Below, one piece after another: positions 44,778-56,009 of a DNA stretch of 64,000 nucleotides. This DNA is from Escherichia coli. Its GTDB lineage: Bacteria; Pseudomonadota; Gammaproteobacteria; Enterobacterales; Enterobacteriaceae. How positions within the stretch are numbered: the first letter of the stretch is position 1; each line of letters starts with the position of its first letter. The position numbers and the translations under genes were made by a program. The stretch is from assembly GCF_003019035.1 (NCBI RefSeq), contig NZ_CP027447.1; one strand, written 5' to 3'. Under the pieces are notes generated by a model. The model searched no databases and was not told where the DNA came from. It worked only from the letters and a program-made list of their open reading frames with translations.

Positions 44778-45872
44778 ATGTCGCGCGTCAATCATCTATC
44801 TTCGCTGTCATTGTTGGCGGTTCTGGTTTTAGCGGGGTGTAGTAGTCAGGCTCCGCAACCGTTGAAAAAGGGCGAAAAAGCGATAGATGTGGCGAGCGTC
44901 GTGCGGCAGAAGATGCCTGCGAGCGTGAAAGACCGCGATGCCTGGGCGAAAGATCTCGCCACCACGTTTGAAAGTCAGGGGCTGGCACCGACGCTGGAAA
45001 ACGTCTGCTCGGTGCTGGCGGTGGCGCAGCAGGAGTCAAATTATCAGGCAGATCCGGCCGTTCCGGGCTTAAGCAAGATCGCCTGGCAAGAGATTGACCG
45101 TCGTGCTGAACGGATGCACATTCCTGCTTTTCTGGTGCATACCGCGCTAAAAATCAAATCGCCAAACGGCAAAAGCTATAGCGAACGGTTAGATTCGGTG
45201 CGTACTGAAAAGCAATTGAGCGCGATTTTTGACGATCTGATCAGCATGGTGCCAATGGGGCAGACGTTGTTTGGTTCGCTTAATCCGGTGCGCACCGGTG
45301 GGCCGATGCAGGTCAGCATTGCCTTTGCCGAACAGCATACCAAAGGGTATCCGTGGAAAATGGACGGTACAGTCCGTCAGGAAGTCTTCAGTCGTCGCGG
45401 CGGGTTGTGGTTTGGTACTTACCATTTACTGAATTATCCCGCCAGCTATAGCGCGCCGATATACCGTTTTGCTGATTTTAACGCTGGCTGGTACGCCAGC
45501 CGTAATGCCGCGTTTCAGAACGCGGTCAGTAAGGTCAGCGGCGTGAAGCTGGCACTGGACGGTGATTTAATTCGTTACGACAGTAAAGAGCCCGGGAAAA
45601 CCGAACTGGCAACGCGCAAACTGGCGGGAAAACTGGGGATGAGCGACAGTGAAATTCGCCGCCAGTTAGAGAAAGGGGACAGCTTCTCTTTTGAGGAGAC
45701 GGCGCTGTACAAGAAAGTTTATCAACTTGCCGAAGCGAAAACGGGTAAATCACTACCCCGCGAAATGTTGCCTGGCATTCAACTGGAAAGCCCGAAAATC
45801 ACCCGCAACCTGACTACGGCCTGGTTTGCGAAGCGCGTAGACGAACGGCGGGCGCGTTGTATGAAACAGTGA
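44778..45872 (+). CDS. yaiW: lipoprotein YaiW (DUF1615)
   Basis: Lipobox LAGC; 13 bp downstream of sbmA, likely co-transcribed. Confidence 0.9.
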   Translation: MSRVNHLSSLSLLAVLVLAGCSSQAPQPLKKGEKAIDVASVVRQKMPASVKDRDAWAKDLATTFESQGLAPTLENVCSVLAVAQQESNYQADPAVPGLSKIAWQEIDRRAERMHIPAFLVHTALKIKSPNGKSYSERLDSVRTEKQLSAIFDDLISMVPMGQTLFGSLNPVRTGGPMQVSIAFAEQHTKGYPWKMDGTVRQEVFSRRGGLWFGTYHLLNYPASYSAPIYRFADFNAGWYASRNAAFQNAVSKVSGVKLALDGDLIRYDSKEPGKTELATRKLAGKLGMSDSEIRRQLEKGDSFSFEETALYKKVYQLAEAKTGKSLPREMLPGIQLESPKITRNLTTAWFAKRVDERRARCMKQ

Positions 45873-45929
45873 TCAAACAGGAATGTCATGCCAGATAAAG
45901 CGTTTTAGGTCCTATCTGGCAAGTAAATC

Positions 45930-46238
45930 TTACTGGCGGCGATGTCGCCAGTGCAGCCATAGCGCCACTACTGCAAAAATGAGGCAGCCAACTAAAAACG
46001 GGATCAGCCCGAAAATGGTGCCGACACCTAAACCAATTTCCACCCGTGGGCGACCTGTTTCCTGGACCTGCATTAAGCGCTCATAGACGCCGGGCGCATG
46101 CACTAGCAGGTTCAGCAATTGCGCCCCAGCCCAAAAGCAAAACAGCACAAACAACGCATAGGCAATATTGCCAGGCGTTGAAGAGGCATTGCGATATTTT
46201 CCGCTAAACAGCGATTTTGACAGGGTGAAATCAGCCAT
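45930..46238 (-). CDS. yaiY: inner-membrane protein YaiY (DUF2755)
   Basis: 102-aa ORF with hydrophobic segments. Confidence 0.8.
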
Positions 46239-46497
46239 AAAAACCTCCGGAAGTCATCTGCTTCTCTTCTGGTGTGATACCAGCGGCTTATGGCAAGTCT
46301 GACAGGTCATTTAGATTGTCAATATCAGAATCATGGTAAATTGATGTTGGGAATATTCCCGAAGCGTGAATCTTCGTTGTGAGTCACAAAATGGCAACCT
46401 TAAGTTAAATTTATTAACAAATGCGAAAGTGTTGTCTACCCCACAGACAGTTGTTACAGAATATGCAAAGATGTTGTTTTTCGTTAACGGAGCTGCC

Positions 46498-46710
46498 ATG
46501 AACTTGCCTGTAAAAATCCGCCGTGACTGGCACTACTATGCGTTCGCCATTGGCCTTATATTCATTCTTAATGGCGTGGTGGGGTTACTGGGATTTGAAG
46601 CAAAAGGTTGGCAGACCTATGCCGTCGGTCTGGTGACGTGGGTGATTAGTTTCTGGCTGGCGGGGTTGATTATTCGTCGTCGCGATGAAGAAACTGAAAA
46701 CGCCCAATAA
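46498..46710 (+). CDS. yaiZ: small membrane protein YaiZ (DUF2754)
   Basis: 70 aa from MNLPVKIRRDWHYYAFAIG...; start set at internal ATG. Confidence 0.8.
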   Translation: MNLPVKIRRDWHYYAFAIGLIFILNGVVGLLGFEAKGWQTYAVGLVTWVISFWLAGLIIRRRDEETENAQ

Positions 46711-46733
46711 GAATATTACTGGGCGTTTGAATA

Positions 46734-47828
46734 TTACATTGTGGTTTTCAGTGCGTTATCTGCAGCGTGACGCTCCAGCGCCAGCTCAATCAAACGCGTG
46801 ATCAGGTCGGTGTAACCCAGACCGCTGGCTTGCCACAACTTCGGATACATACTGATGTTGGTGAAGCCAGGCAGGGTGTTGATCTCGTTGATCACCACTT
46901 CGTTCTCTGGGGTTAAAAACACGTCTACACGCGCCATGCCTGCGCATCCCAACGTTTGATAGGCCTGAACGGCAATCGCCCGGATCTTATCGTTGATTTC
47001 TGGCGCAATGGCTGCCGGAACAACCACTTTCGCGCCATCTTCGTCAATGTACTTGGTGTCGTAGGCATAAAAATCGCTGGTTAGTACGATCTCGCCACAG
47101 GTGCTGGCTTGCGGATTGTCGTTGCCCAGAACTGCGCATTCGATCTCACGACCTTTGATCCCTTGCTCAACGATCACTTTATGGTCGAACTCGAACGCCA
47201 GATCGACGGCAATTGCGTACTGTTCTTCACTGGTTACTTTGCTGACACCAACAGAAGAGCCCTGATTAGCCGGTTTTACAAACAGCGGTAACCCCAGTTT
47301 AGACTCCACTTCGGCAAAACTGATGTTGTGACGATTAGCGCGCGTCAGGGTAATAAATGGCGCAATGTTCAGCCCGGCATCGCGCAGCAGACGTTTGGTG
47401 ACATCTTTATCCATACAGGCCGCTGAAGCCAGAACATCAGAACCTACAAACGGTAAATTGGCGACCCGCAGCATTCCCTGCAAGGAACCATCTTCGCCCA
47501 GCGTACCGTGGACAATCGGGAAAATGACATCCACCGTCGGCAACGGCTGACCGTTTTGCGCGTCGATAAGCTGATGTTCATGTTTACCAGGCACCTGCGC
47601 AAGGCTGGTCGCCGAAGGGCGCAACGCAATATGGGCAGGATCGTCTGCATTTAGCAGATAATTGCTGGCATCGCTGACGTGCCATTGCCCTTGTTTATCA
47701 ATGCCCAGCAGCACAACGTCGAAGCGACTTTTATCAATGGCATCGACAATGTTTTTTGCCGATTGCAGAGACACTTCATGTTCCGCTGATTTACCACCAA
47801 AAACGATTCCTACCCGCAGTTTTTCCAT
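46734..47828 (-). CDS. ddlA: D-alanine--D-alanine ligase A
   Basis: 364-aa ATP-grasp ORF beginning [26 protein letters not shown]. Confidence 0.96.
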   Translation of the reverse strand: MEKLRVGIVFGGKSAEHEVSLQSAKNIVDAIDKSRFDVVLLGIDKQGQWHVSDASNYLLNADDPAHIALRPSATSLAQVPGKHEHQLIDAQNGQPLPTVDVIFPIVHGTLGEDGSLQGMLRVANLPFVGSDVLASAACMDKDVTKRLLRDAGLNIAPFITLTRANRHNISFAEVESKLGLPLFVKPANQGSSVGVSKVTSEEQYAIAVDLAFEFDHKVIVEQGIKGREIECAVLGNDNPQASTCGEIVLTSDFYAYDTKYIDEDGAKVVVPAAIAPEINDKIRAIAVQAYQTLGCAGMARVDVFLTPENEVVINEINTLPGFTNISMYPKLWQASGLGYTDLITRLIELALERHAADNALKTTM

Positions 47829-48290
47829 CTTAAAAACCTATCCCGTCTAACACAAAGTGCATACATTACCACGACAAAACGGGGGATTCGCGGCCTTCTG
47901 ACAGAATGTTGCAATCTTCTGCTGACAAAGCGTGCAACGTACTGGTGAAGAAAGTGCGTTATCTCAATGATGTGCGCAAGATCACAAAAATGATGAACGG
48001 GAAGCTAATTTATTCCTGGCTTGTATGGCCATGCAGTGAGTTTTTTTCTCTTAATTATAAGTTAACGAAGAGAATATATTTCATAACTTTTATTTATAAT
48101 AAAGGTTGATAATTAAAAGCCTATATTTTGTGTGGGTAATTATTAAAATAAGAGAAACGTTTCGCTGGTAATCAAACAAAAAATATTTGCGCAAAGTATT
48201 TCCTTTGTCATAAAAATAATACTTCCAGACACTATGAAGTTGTGAAACATAATGTTAACTTCTCCATACTTTGGATAAGGAAATACAGAC

Positions 48291-48551
48291 ATGAAAAATC
48301 TCATTGCTGAGTTGTTATTTAAGCTTGCCCAAAAAGAAGAAGAGTCGAAAGAACTGTGTGCGCAGGTAGAAGCTTTGGAGATTATCGTCACGGCAATGCT
48401 TCGCAATATGGCGCAAAATGATCAACAGCGGTTGATTGATCAGGTAGAGGGGGCGCTGTACGAGGTAAAGCCCGATGCCAGCATTCCTGACGACGATACG
48501 GAGCTGCTGCGCGATTACGTAAAGAAGTTATTGAGGCATCCTCGTCAGTAA
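48291..48551 (+). CDS. iraP: anti-adaptor protein IraP (stabilises RpoS)
   Basis: 86-aa ORF beginning [30 protein letters not shown]; upstream of phoA. Confidence 0.92.
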
Positions 48552-48571
48552 AAAGTTAATCTTTTCAACAG

Positions 48572-48589
48572 CTGTCATAAAGTTGTCAC
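48572..48589 (+). promoter_or_regulatory. Pho box (ctgtcataaagttgtcac) of the phoA promoter
   Basis: Two direct CTGTCAT-type 7-bp repeats separated by 4 bp, about 60 bp upstream of the phoA GTG. Confidence 0.9.
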
Positions 48590-48651
48590 GGCCAAGACTT
48601 ATAGTCGCTTTGTTTTTATTTTTTAATGTATTTGTACATGGAGAAAATAAA

Positions 48652-50067
48652 GTGAAACAAAGCACTATTGCACTGGCACTCTTACCGTTACTGTTTACCC
48701 CTGTGACAAAAGCCCGGACACCAGAAATGCCTGTTCTGGAAAACCGGGCTGCTCAGGGCGATATTACTGCACCCGGCGGTGCTCGCCGCTTAACGGGTGA
48801 TCAGACCGCCGCTCTGCGTGATTCTCTTAGCGATAAACCTGCAAAAAATATTATTTTGCTGATTGGCGATGGGATGGGGGACTCGGAAATTACTGCCGCA
48901 CGCAATTATGCCGAAGGTGCGGGCGGCTTTTTTAAAGGTATCGATGCCTTACCGCTTACCGGACAATACACACACTATGCGCTGAATAAAAAAACCGGCA
49001 AACCGGACTACGTCACCGACTCGGCTGCATCAGCAACCGCCTGGTCAACTGGTGTCAAAACCTATAACGGCGCGCTGGGCGTCGATATTCACGAAAAAGA
49101 TCACCCAACGATTCTGGAAATGGCAAAAGCCGCAGGTCTGGCGACCGGTAACGTTTCTACCGCAGAGTTGCAGGATGCCACGCCCGCTGCGCTGGTGGCG
49201 CATGTGACCTCGCGCAAATGCTACGGTCCGAGCGCGACCAGTGAAAAATGTCCGGGTAACGCTCTGGAAAAAGGCGGAAAAGGATCGATTACCGAACAGC
49301 TGCTTAACGCCCGTGCCGATGTTACGCTTGGCGGCGGCGCAAAAACCTTTGCTGAAACGGCAACCGTCGGCGAATGGCAGGGAAAAACGCTGCGTGAACA
49401 GGCACAGGCGCGTGGTTATCAGTTGGTGAGTGATGCTGCCTCGCTAAATGCGGTGACGGAAGCGAACCAGCAAAAACCCCTGCTAGGACTATTTGCTGAC
49501 GGCAATATGCCAGTGCGCTGGCTAGGACCGAAAGCAACGTACCACGGCAATATCGACAAGCCCGCAGTTACCTGTACGCCTAATCCGCAACGTAATGACA
49601 GCGTACCGACCCTGGCGCAGATGACCGACAAAGCCATTGAATTGTTGAGTAAAAATGAGAAAGGCTTTTTCCTGCAAGTTGAAGGTGCATCAATCGATAA
49701 ACAGGATCACGCTGCGAATCCTTGTGGGCAAATTGGCGAGACGGTCGATCTCGATGAAGCCGTACAACGTGCGCTGGAATTCGCTAAAAAGGATGGCAAC
49801 ACGCTGGTCATAGTCACCGCTGATCACGCCCACGCCAGCCAGATTGTCGCGCCGGACACCAAAGCGCCGGGCCTCACCCAGGCGCTAAATACCAAAGATG
49901 GCGCAGTGATGGTGATGAGTTACGGGAACTCCGAAGAGGATTCACAAGAACATACCGGCAGTCAGTTGCGTATTGCAGCGTATGGCCCACATGCCGCCAA
50001 TGTCGTTGGACTGACCGACCAGACCGATCTCTTCTACACCATGAAAGCCGCCCTGGGGCTGAAATAA
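48652..50067 (+). CDS. phoA: alkaline phosphatase, GTG start
   Basis: 471 aa from [21 protein letters not shown]; active-site region DSAASATAW. Confidence 0.97.
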   Translation: MKQSTIALALLPLLFTPVTKARTPEMPVLENRAAQGDITAPGGARRLTGDQTAALRDSLSDKPAKNIILLIGDGMGDSEITAARNYAEGAGGFFKGIDALPLTGQYTHYALNKKTGKPDYVTDSAASATAWSTGVKTYNGALGVDIHEKDHPTILEMAKAAGLATGNVSTAELQDATPAALVAHVTSRKCYGPSATSEKCPGNALEKGGKGSITEQLLNARADVTLGGGAKTFAETATVGEWQGKTLREQAQARGYQLVSDAASLNAVTEANQQKPLLGLFADGNMPVRWLGPKATYHGNIDKPAVTCTPNPQRNDSVPTLAQMTDKAIELLSKNEKGFFLQVEGASIDKQDHAANPCGQIGETVDLDEAVQRALEFAKKDGNTLVIVTADHAHASQIVAPDTKAPGLTQALNTKDGAVMVMSYGNSEEDSQEHTGSQLRIAAYGPHAANVVGLTDQTDLFYTMKAALGLK

Positions 50068-50185
50068 AACCGCGCCCGGCGGTGAATTTTTGCTGTCGGG
50101 TGGTTTTTTTGCTGTTAGCAACCAGACTTAATGGCAGATCACGGGCGCAAACGCTCATGGTTAAAACATGAAGAGGGATGGTGCT

Positions 50186-50506
50186 ATGAAAATAACATTA
50201 CTGGTTACCTTGCTTTTCGGACTGGTTTTTTTAACCACCGTCGGCGCTGCCGAGAGAACCTTAACCCCGCAACAACAGCGTATGACCTCCTGTAATCAGC
50301 AGGCGACGGCGCAGGCGTTGAAAGGGGATGCTCGTAAGACCTACATGAGTGATTGCCTGAAGAACAGCAAGTCTGCGCCTGGTGAAAAAAGTTTGACGCC
50401 ACAGCAGCAAAAGATGCGCGAATGTAATAATCAAGCAACGCAACAATCTCTGAAAGGTGATGATCGTAATAAGTTTATGAGCGCCTGCCTCAAGAAAGCC
50501 GCCTGA
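50186..50506 (+). CDS. psiF: phosphate-starvation-inducible protein PsiF
   Basis: 106 aa with signal peptide and two internal repeats (LTPQQQ...C..QAT.Q.LKGD.R..(Y/F)MS.CLK). Confidence 0.93.
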   Translation: MKITLLVTLLFGLVFLTTVGAAERTLTPQQQRMTSCNQQATAQALKGDARKTYMSDCLKNSKSAPGEKSLTPQQQKMRECNNQATQQSLKGDDRNKFMSACLKKAA

Positions 50507-50523
50507 TACCTGATAGTGCTAAC

Positions 50524-50549
50524 GGGTGAGCTACGAAAATGGCTCACCC
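50524..50549 (+). terminator. Hairpin (gggtgagc...gctcaccc) downstream of psiF
   Basis: Perfect 8-bp stem; weak T-tract. Confidence 0.5.
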
Positions 50550-50607
50550 GAAATTTCATACTTCTGCCTTTAGCCCCGTCTCTATAATTTGGGAAAATTG
50601 TTTCTGA

Positions 50608-51723
50608 ATGTTCCCAAAAATAATGAATGATGAAAACTTTTTCAAAAAAGCGGCGGCGCATGGGGAGGAACCTCCTTTAACTCCTCAAAACGAACATCAG
50701 CGATCCGGGCTGCGCTTCGCCCGTCGCGTCAGACTACCCCGCGCGGTTGGCCTGGCTGGCATGTTCTTACCGATTGCTTCAACGCTGGTTTCGCACCCGC
50801 CGCCGGGCTGGTGGTGGCTGGTGTTGGTCGGCTGGGCGTTCGTCTGGCCGCATTTAGCCTGGCAGATAGCGAGCAGGGCCGTCGATCCGCTTAGCCGGGA
50901 AATTTACAACTTAAAAACCGATGCAGTATTAGCGGGAATGTGGGTAGGCGTAATGGGCGTAAACGTGCTGCCTTCCACCGCGATGTTGATGATTATGTGT
51001 CTGAATTTGATGGGGGCAGGCGGCCCCCGTCTGTTTGTCGCGGGTCTGGTGTTGATGGTGGTTTCCTGCCTTGTCACCCTCGAACTGACGGGCATCACCG
51101 TGTCGTTCAATAGTGCGCCGCTGGAATGGTGGCTCTCCCTTCCCATTATCGTCATTTATCCTCTGCTGTTTGGCTGGGTCAGCTACCAGACGGCGACTAA
51201 ACTGGCGGAACATAAACGCAGGTTGCAGGTCATGAGTACCCGCGACGGTATGACGGGCGTGTATAACCGACGTCATTGGGAAACTATGTTACGCAATGAA
51301 TTTGATAACTGTCGGCGGCATAACCGCGATGCGACATTACTGATTATCGATATCGACCATTTCAAGAGCATCAACGATACCTGGGGCCATGATGTGGGCG
51401 ATGAAGCGATTGTGGCGCTTACCCGACAGTTACAAATAACCCTGCGCGGTAGCGATGTGATTGGTCGGTTTGGCGGCGATGAGTTTGCGGTAATCATGTC
51501 CGGTACGCCAGCTGAGAGCGCCATTACCGCCATGTTACGAGTGCATGAAGGGCTAAATACATTACGTCTGCCGAATACGCCACAGGTAACTTTACGGATT
51601 AGTGTGGGGGTTGCGCCGCTGAACCCACAAATGAGTCACTATCGTGAGTGGTTGAAATCGGCAGATTTGGCGCTTTACAAAGCAAAGAAAGCCGGACGTA
51701 ACCGCACCGAAGTGGCGGCCTGA
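50608..51723 (+). CDS. dgcC: diguanylate cyclase (MASE2 membrane domain plus GGDEF)
   Basis: 371-aa ORF with GGDEF motif RFGGDEF; also known as adrA/yaiC. Confidence 0.95.
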   Translation: MFPKIMNDENFFKKAAAHGEEPPLTPQNEHQRSGLRFARRVRLPRAVGLAGMFLPIASTLVSHPPPGWWWLVLVGWAFVWPHLAWQIASRAVDPLSREIYNLKTDAVLAGMWVGVMGVNVLPSTAMLMIMCLNLMGAGGPRLFVAGLVLMVVSCLVTLELTGITVSFNSAPLEWWLSLPIIVIYPLLFGWVSYQTATKLAEHKRRLQVMSTRDGMTGVYNRRHWETMLRNEFDNCRRHNRDATLLIIDIDHFKSINDTWGHDVGDEAIVALTRQLQITLRGSDVIGRFGGDEFAVIMSGTPAESAITAMLRVHEGLNTLRLPNTPQVTLRISVGVAPLNPQMSHYREWLKSADLALYKAKKAGRNRTEVAA

Positions 51724-51739
51724 CGTCCGGCAAAAGTCA

Positions 51740-52549
51740 TCAGGATTTACTGAGTTTTTCTGATTTTTCCATACACTTCGTCATCGCTTCGATCACTGCG
51801 GCACGGAAGCCTTTCTCTTCCAGTACGCGTACCGCCTCAATGGTGGTGCCTCCCGGTGAGCAGACCATATCTTTCAGTGCCCCTGGATGTTCTCCCGTTT
51901 CCAGCACCATTTTTGCGGAACCCATTACCGCCTGAGCGGCAAATTTATACGCCTGGGCGCGTGGCATCCCGCCCAGCACGGCGGCGTCGGCCATCGCTTC
52001 GATAAACATAAAGACGTAGGCTGGCGAAGAACCGCTCACACCGACCACCGGGTGGATCATCGGCTCGGCAATTACTTCCGCTTCGCCAAAGCAGCGGAAA
52101 ATATTCAGCACATCAGCGGTATCTTCTGGGGTTACCAGCGCGTTTGGCGTTACGGAGGTCATCCCGGCATTAACCAGCGCGGGAGTGTTCGGCATGGCGC
52201 GGATAATTTTCCGGTCATGGCCCAGCGCGCGGGCAAGCTGGTCGAGTGTGATACCTGCAGCAATAGAAACGACCAGAGAGTCTTTATTCAGGCTGGAGGT
52301 GATTTCGCTAAGCACTTTAATCATGATGCCAGGTTTAACGGCGGCAAAAATGATGTCGGCGATTTGCGCCACTTCTTGCGCCGAATCTGCGGCGTTGATG
52401 CCGAACTGGTCATGCAGGGCGGCGACTTTATCCGGGGAGGGGGTATATACCCAGATTTGCCCTGGAAGCACCTGACCGCTGGCAATCAGACCGCCGAGAA
52501 TGGCTTTTCCCATATTGCCGCAGCCAATAAAACCGATTTTCTTTTCCAT
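51740..52549 (-). CDS. proC: pyrroline-5-carboxylate reductase
   Basis: 269 aa from [20 protein letters not shown]; start set at internal ATG. Confidence 0.96.
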   Translation of the reverse strand: MEKKIGFIGCGNMGKAILGGLIASGQVLPGQIWVYTPSPDKVAALHDQFGINAADSAQEVAQIADIIFAAVKPGIMIKVLSEITSSLNKDSLVVSIAAGITLDQLARALGHDRKIIRAMPNTPALVNAGMTSVTPNALVTPEDTADVLNIFRCFGEAEVIAEPMIHPVVGVSGSSPAYVFMFIEAMADAAVLGGMPRAQAYKFAAQAVMGSAKMVLETGEHPGALKDMVCSPGGTTIEAVRVLEEKGFRAAVIEAMTKCMEKSEKLSKS

Positions 52550-52668
52550 TGCCTCACTCCTGCCGTGAAATTCATTGTTTTGATAATCGCTGGCAGAAGC
52601 ATAAACAGAACTATGCCGGAAGGCAAAAGCGCGACACAATAGAGGATTACCCAACAAAGGATGACTTT

Positions 52669-53127
52669 ATGACAATTTGGGTGGATGCCGACGCGTGTCC
52701 CAATGTAATTAAAGAGATTTTGTATCGCGCGGCGGAACGTATGCAGATGCCGCTGGTACTGGTAGCAAACCAGAGTTTACGCGTGCCGCCATCGCGATTT
52801 ATTCGTACGCTGCGCGTCGCGGCAGGTTTCGACGTTGCCGATAACGAAATTGTCCGGCAGTGTGAAGCGGGCGATTTGGTGATCACCGCAGATATACCTT
52901 TGGCTGCTGAAGCCATCGAGAAAGGCGCGGCGGCGCTTAATCCTCGCGGCGAACGTTATACGCCAGCGACCATTCGTGAGCGCCTGACGATGCGCGATTT
53001 TATGGATACCTTACGTGCCAGTGGGATCCAGACCGGGGGACCAGATAGCCTTTCACAACGTGACCGCCAGGCCTTTGCCGCGGAGCTGGAGAAGTGGTGG
53101 CTGGAAGTGCAACGTAGTCGTGGCTAA
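52669..53127 (+). CDS. yaiI: UPF0178/DUF188 protein YaiI
   Basis: 152 aa from [18 protein letters not shown]; divergent from proC. Confidence 0.88.
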   Translation: MTIWVDADACPNVIKEILYRAAERMQMPLVLVANQSLRVPPSRFIRTLRVAAGFDVADNEIVRQCEAGDLVITADIPLAAEAIEKGAAALNPRGERYTPATIRERLTMRDFMDTLRASGIQTGGPDSLSQRDRQAFAAELEKWWLEVQRSRG

Positions 53128-53128
53128 A

Positions 53129-53245
53129 TGTAATTTATTATTTACACTTCATTCTTGAAAATTTATTGGTATAGTAAGGGATGTATTAAAATTTTCACTT
53201 TAAGTGGAATTTTTTCTTTACAATCGAAATTGTACTAGTTTGATG
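53129..53245 (+). promoter_or_regulatory. aroL control region: TyrR-box-like sites (tgtaatttattatttaca at 53129..53146; tggaattttttctttaca near 53205) and a TrpR-operator-like ACTAGT core (gtactagtt near 53232)
   Basis: Matches to TGTAAA-N6-TTTACA read in sequence; aroL is known to be TyrR- and TrpR-regulated. Confidence 0.65.
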
Positions 53246-53309
53246 GTATGATCGCTATTCTCATGACACCGGCTTTCGCCGCATTGCGACCTATTGGGGA
53301 AAACCCACG

Positions 53310-53834
53310 ATGACACAACCTCTTTTTCTGATCGGGCCTCGGGGCTGTGGTAAAACAACGGTCGGAATGGCCCTTGCCGATTCGCTTAACCGTCGGTTTG
53401 TTGATACCGACCAGTGGTTGCAATCACAGCTCAATATGACGGTCGCGGAGATCGTCGAAAGGGAAGAGTGGACGGGATTTCGCGCCAGAGAAACGGCGGC
53501 GCTGGAAGCGGTAACTGCGCCATCCACCGTTATCGCCACGGGCGGCGGCATTATTCTGACGGAATTTAATCGTCACTTTATGCAAAATAACGGGATCGTG
53601 GTTTATTTGTGTGCGCCAGTATCAGTCCTGGTTAACCGACTGCAAGCTGCACCGGAAGAAGATTTACGGCCAACCTTAACGGGGAAACCGCTGAGCGAAG
53701 AAGTTCAGGAAGTGCTGGAAGAACGCGATGCGCTTTATCGCGAAGTTGCGCATATTATCATCGACGCAACAAACGAACCCAGCCAGGTGATTTCTGAAAT
53801 TCGCAGTGCCCTGGCACAGACGATCAATTGTTGA
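53310..53834 (+). CDS. aroL: shikimate kinase II
   Basis: 174-aa ORF with P-loop GPRGCGKTT. Confidence 0.96.
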   Translation: MTQPLFLIGPRGCGKTTVGMALADSLNRRFVDTDQWLQSQLNMTVAEIVEREEWTGFRARETAALEAVTAPSTVIATGGGIILTEFNRHFMQNNGIVVYLCAPVSVLVNRLQAAPEEDLRPTLTGKPLSEEVQEVLEERDALYREVAHIIIDATNEPSQVISEIRSALAQTINC

Positions 53835-53874
53835 TTTTCGAGCGCCTATACTTAACGTTCATCCCGTGAAATAA

Positions 53875-54075
<201 letters not shown>

Positions 54076-54332
54076 CCGCATCAGACTGCTCGGAAGGGAT
54101 TCTGAGTGCCACCACAAGGGATCTGCGTCACATTTTTCACAATTCATGTTTTTCAAATAATTAGAATATTAAACAATAACAATCCATTACTGGAATCATT
54201 TGGAATCTTTACATTATGCCGTGCAGGTCTGCTGCTACGCTTTTTGTCATTTGTAGCACAGGTAAGTGTCAGCAGTGGTGCTTAGCGCTTGCCCGGTAAT
54301 TAACGACGAAATAAAAGTAAGGTGGAAGAACA

Positions 54333-55010
54333 ATGAGTGCGTCGTTGGCGATCCTGACCATCGGCATTGTACCTATGCAGGAAGTTTTGCCGCTCCTGAC
54401 AGAATACATTGACGAAGATAATATTTCCCATCATAGCCTGCTGGGGAAGTTAAGCCGCGAAGAAGTGATGGCGGAGTACGCGCCAGAAGCAGGCGAAGAC
54501 ACAATTCTCACATTATTAAATGACAACCAGCTGGCCCATGTTTCGCGTCGTAAAGTGGAACGAGACCTGCAAGGTGTGGTTGAAGTGCTCGATAATCAGG
54601 GTTACGACGTCATTATATTAATGAGTACAGCAAACATTAGTAGTATGACCGCGCGTAATACGATCTTTCTTGAGCCGTCGCGGATATTGCCACCGCTGGT
54701 TTCCTCTATTGTTGAAGATCATCAGGTGGGGGTTATCGTTCCGGTTGAGGAGTTGCTGACCGTTCAGGCACAAAAATGGCAAATTTTGCAGAAACCGCCA
54801 GTATTTTCATTGGGTAACCCCATTCATGATTCGGAACAAAAAATCATTGATGCCGGGAAAGAATTACTGGCAAAAGGTGCAGATGTCATCATGCTGGATT
54901 GTTTGGGATTTAACCAGCGTCATCGCGATTTACTGCAAAAACAGCTCGATGTTCCTGTCTTGCTCTCTAACGTATTGATTGCACGGCTGGCTGCGGAATT
55001 ACTGATGTAA
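54333..55010 (+). CDS. aroM: AroM protein (unknown function)
   Basis: 225-aa ORF downstream of aroL-yaiA. Confidence 0.9.
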   Translation: MSASLAILTIGIVPMQEVLPLLTEYIDEDNISHHSLLGKLSREEVMAEYAPEAGEDTILTLLNDNQLAHVSRRKVERDLQGVVEVLDNQGYDVIILMSTANISSMTARNTIFLEPSRILPPLVSSIVEDHQVGVIVPVEELLTVQAQKWQILQKPPVFSLGNPIHDSEQKIIDAGKELLAKGADVIMLDCLGFNQRHRDLLQKQLDVPVLLSNVLIARLAAELLM

Positions 55011-55081
55011 TTTTGCGTGACAGCCAGCGCCTCTGGCCCCTATAGTGAAGTAGATGTTCAACTACCAGACAGGGCCAGTTT

Positions 55082-55366
55082 ATGCTTCAAAGTAATGAGT
55101 ACTTTTCCGGCAAAGTGAAATCGATCGGCTTTTCCAGCAGCAGCACTGGTCGCGCCAGCGTGGGTGTTATGGTTGAAGGTGAATACACCTTCAGCACCGC
55201 TGAGCCTGAAGAGATGACGATAATCAGTGGCGCGCTGAATGTGTTACTGCCTGACGCGACCGACTGGCAAGTGTATGAAGCCGGTTCGGTGTTTAATGTT
55301 CCCGGTCACAGCGAGTTTCATCTGCAAGTTGCCGAACCCACCTCTTATCTGTGCCGCTATCTGTAA
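55082..55366 (+). CDS. ppnP: pyrimidine/purine nucleoside phosphorylase (cupin)
   Basis: 94-aa ORF beginning [17 protein letters not shown]; also known as yaiE. Confidence 0.9.
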   Translation: MLQSNEYFSGKVKSIGFSSSSTGRASVGVMVEGEYTFSTAEPEEMTIISGALNVLLPDATDWQVYEAGSVFNVPGHSEFHLQVAEPTSYLCRYL

Positions 55367-55573
55367 TTCCTCGCCTTCCCCTTGAACGGGAGGGCATTTT
55401 TCTGAAATGTCCTCTCTTTAACCCATAATAATATTTCCTTTGCTGGGATTTTTTCGATTTCCGATATATTCATAATTCATCAAGGTTGATATAAATATCA
55501 GCGAAGATCTCCAGATATTGTTGCGGAACTGGCGACGATAAAAGATAAATCAGATGATGAATGGTGGCGTGCA

Positions 55574-55852
55574 TTGCTGCAAAGTCGCAATGATCATTTG
55601 CGCCAAACGGCATTGCGCAACGCACATACCCCGGTGTTGTTAACGACATTGACTGAGTCTCAGGATCGGTCGCTGGCTATTAATAATCCACAGCTGGCTG
55701 CCGATGTGAAAACGGTGTGGCTAAAAGAGGAGCCATCATTACTCTTATTTGTCGATCAACCCGCTCTTTCGCAGTTACGGGATTTAGTGAAAATCGGGGC
55801 AACGCGGAAAATTCGCAGTGAAGCGCGTCACCGGCTTGAGGAAAAACAATGA
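55574..55852 (+). CDS. ykiA-like hypothetical ORF with no ATG start; possible gene remnant
   Basis: 92-codon ORF from TTG; frame is open for about 25 further codons upstream without any ATG. Confidence 0.35.
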   Translation: MLQSRNDHLRQTALRNAHTPVLLTTLTESQDRSLAINNPQLAADVKTVWLKEEPSLLLFVDQPALSQLRDLVKIGATRKIRSEARHRLEEKQ

Positions 55853-56009
55853 CACAACGCCCCTGGAGCAAGTTACAGCGTAAAACGCATAATATTGCTG
55901 CGCAAAATATTATTGCCCGCCGTAGCGAATAATTATATGCCTGGTGTGGCTTCGTACGCCGGATAAGACGCGGCAGGCGTCGCATCCGGCATTAAAGGTA
56001 AATCAGCAA

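Noticed and set aside
48583-48651. N-terminal extensions of track ORFs (phoA from 48583; likewise codA, cynR, lacA, lacI, mhpC, mhpT, yaiL, frmR, tauA, hemB, yaiZ, psiF, proC, yaiI, rdgC, mak, araJ, sbcD)
   Set aside because: The extensions lack signal-peptide or domain sense, whereas internal ATG/GTG starts give recognisable N-termini with Shine-Dalgarno sequences; the shorter forms were used.
50068-50112. Rho-independent terminator directly after phoA
   Set aside because: The segment is GC-rich with T runs (ccgcgcccggcggtgaatttttgctgtcgggtggttttttt) but I could not define a clean perfect stem by eye; it needs an RNA folding calculation before being called.
51887-52642. 251-codon ORF on the plus strand within proC
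   Set aside because: Antisense to proC; the true plus-strand gene here is yaiI, starting at 52669.
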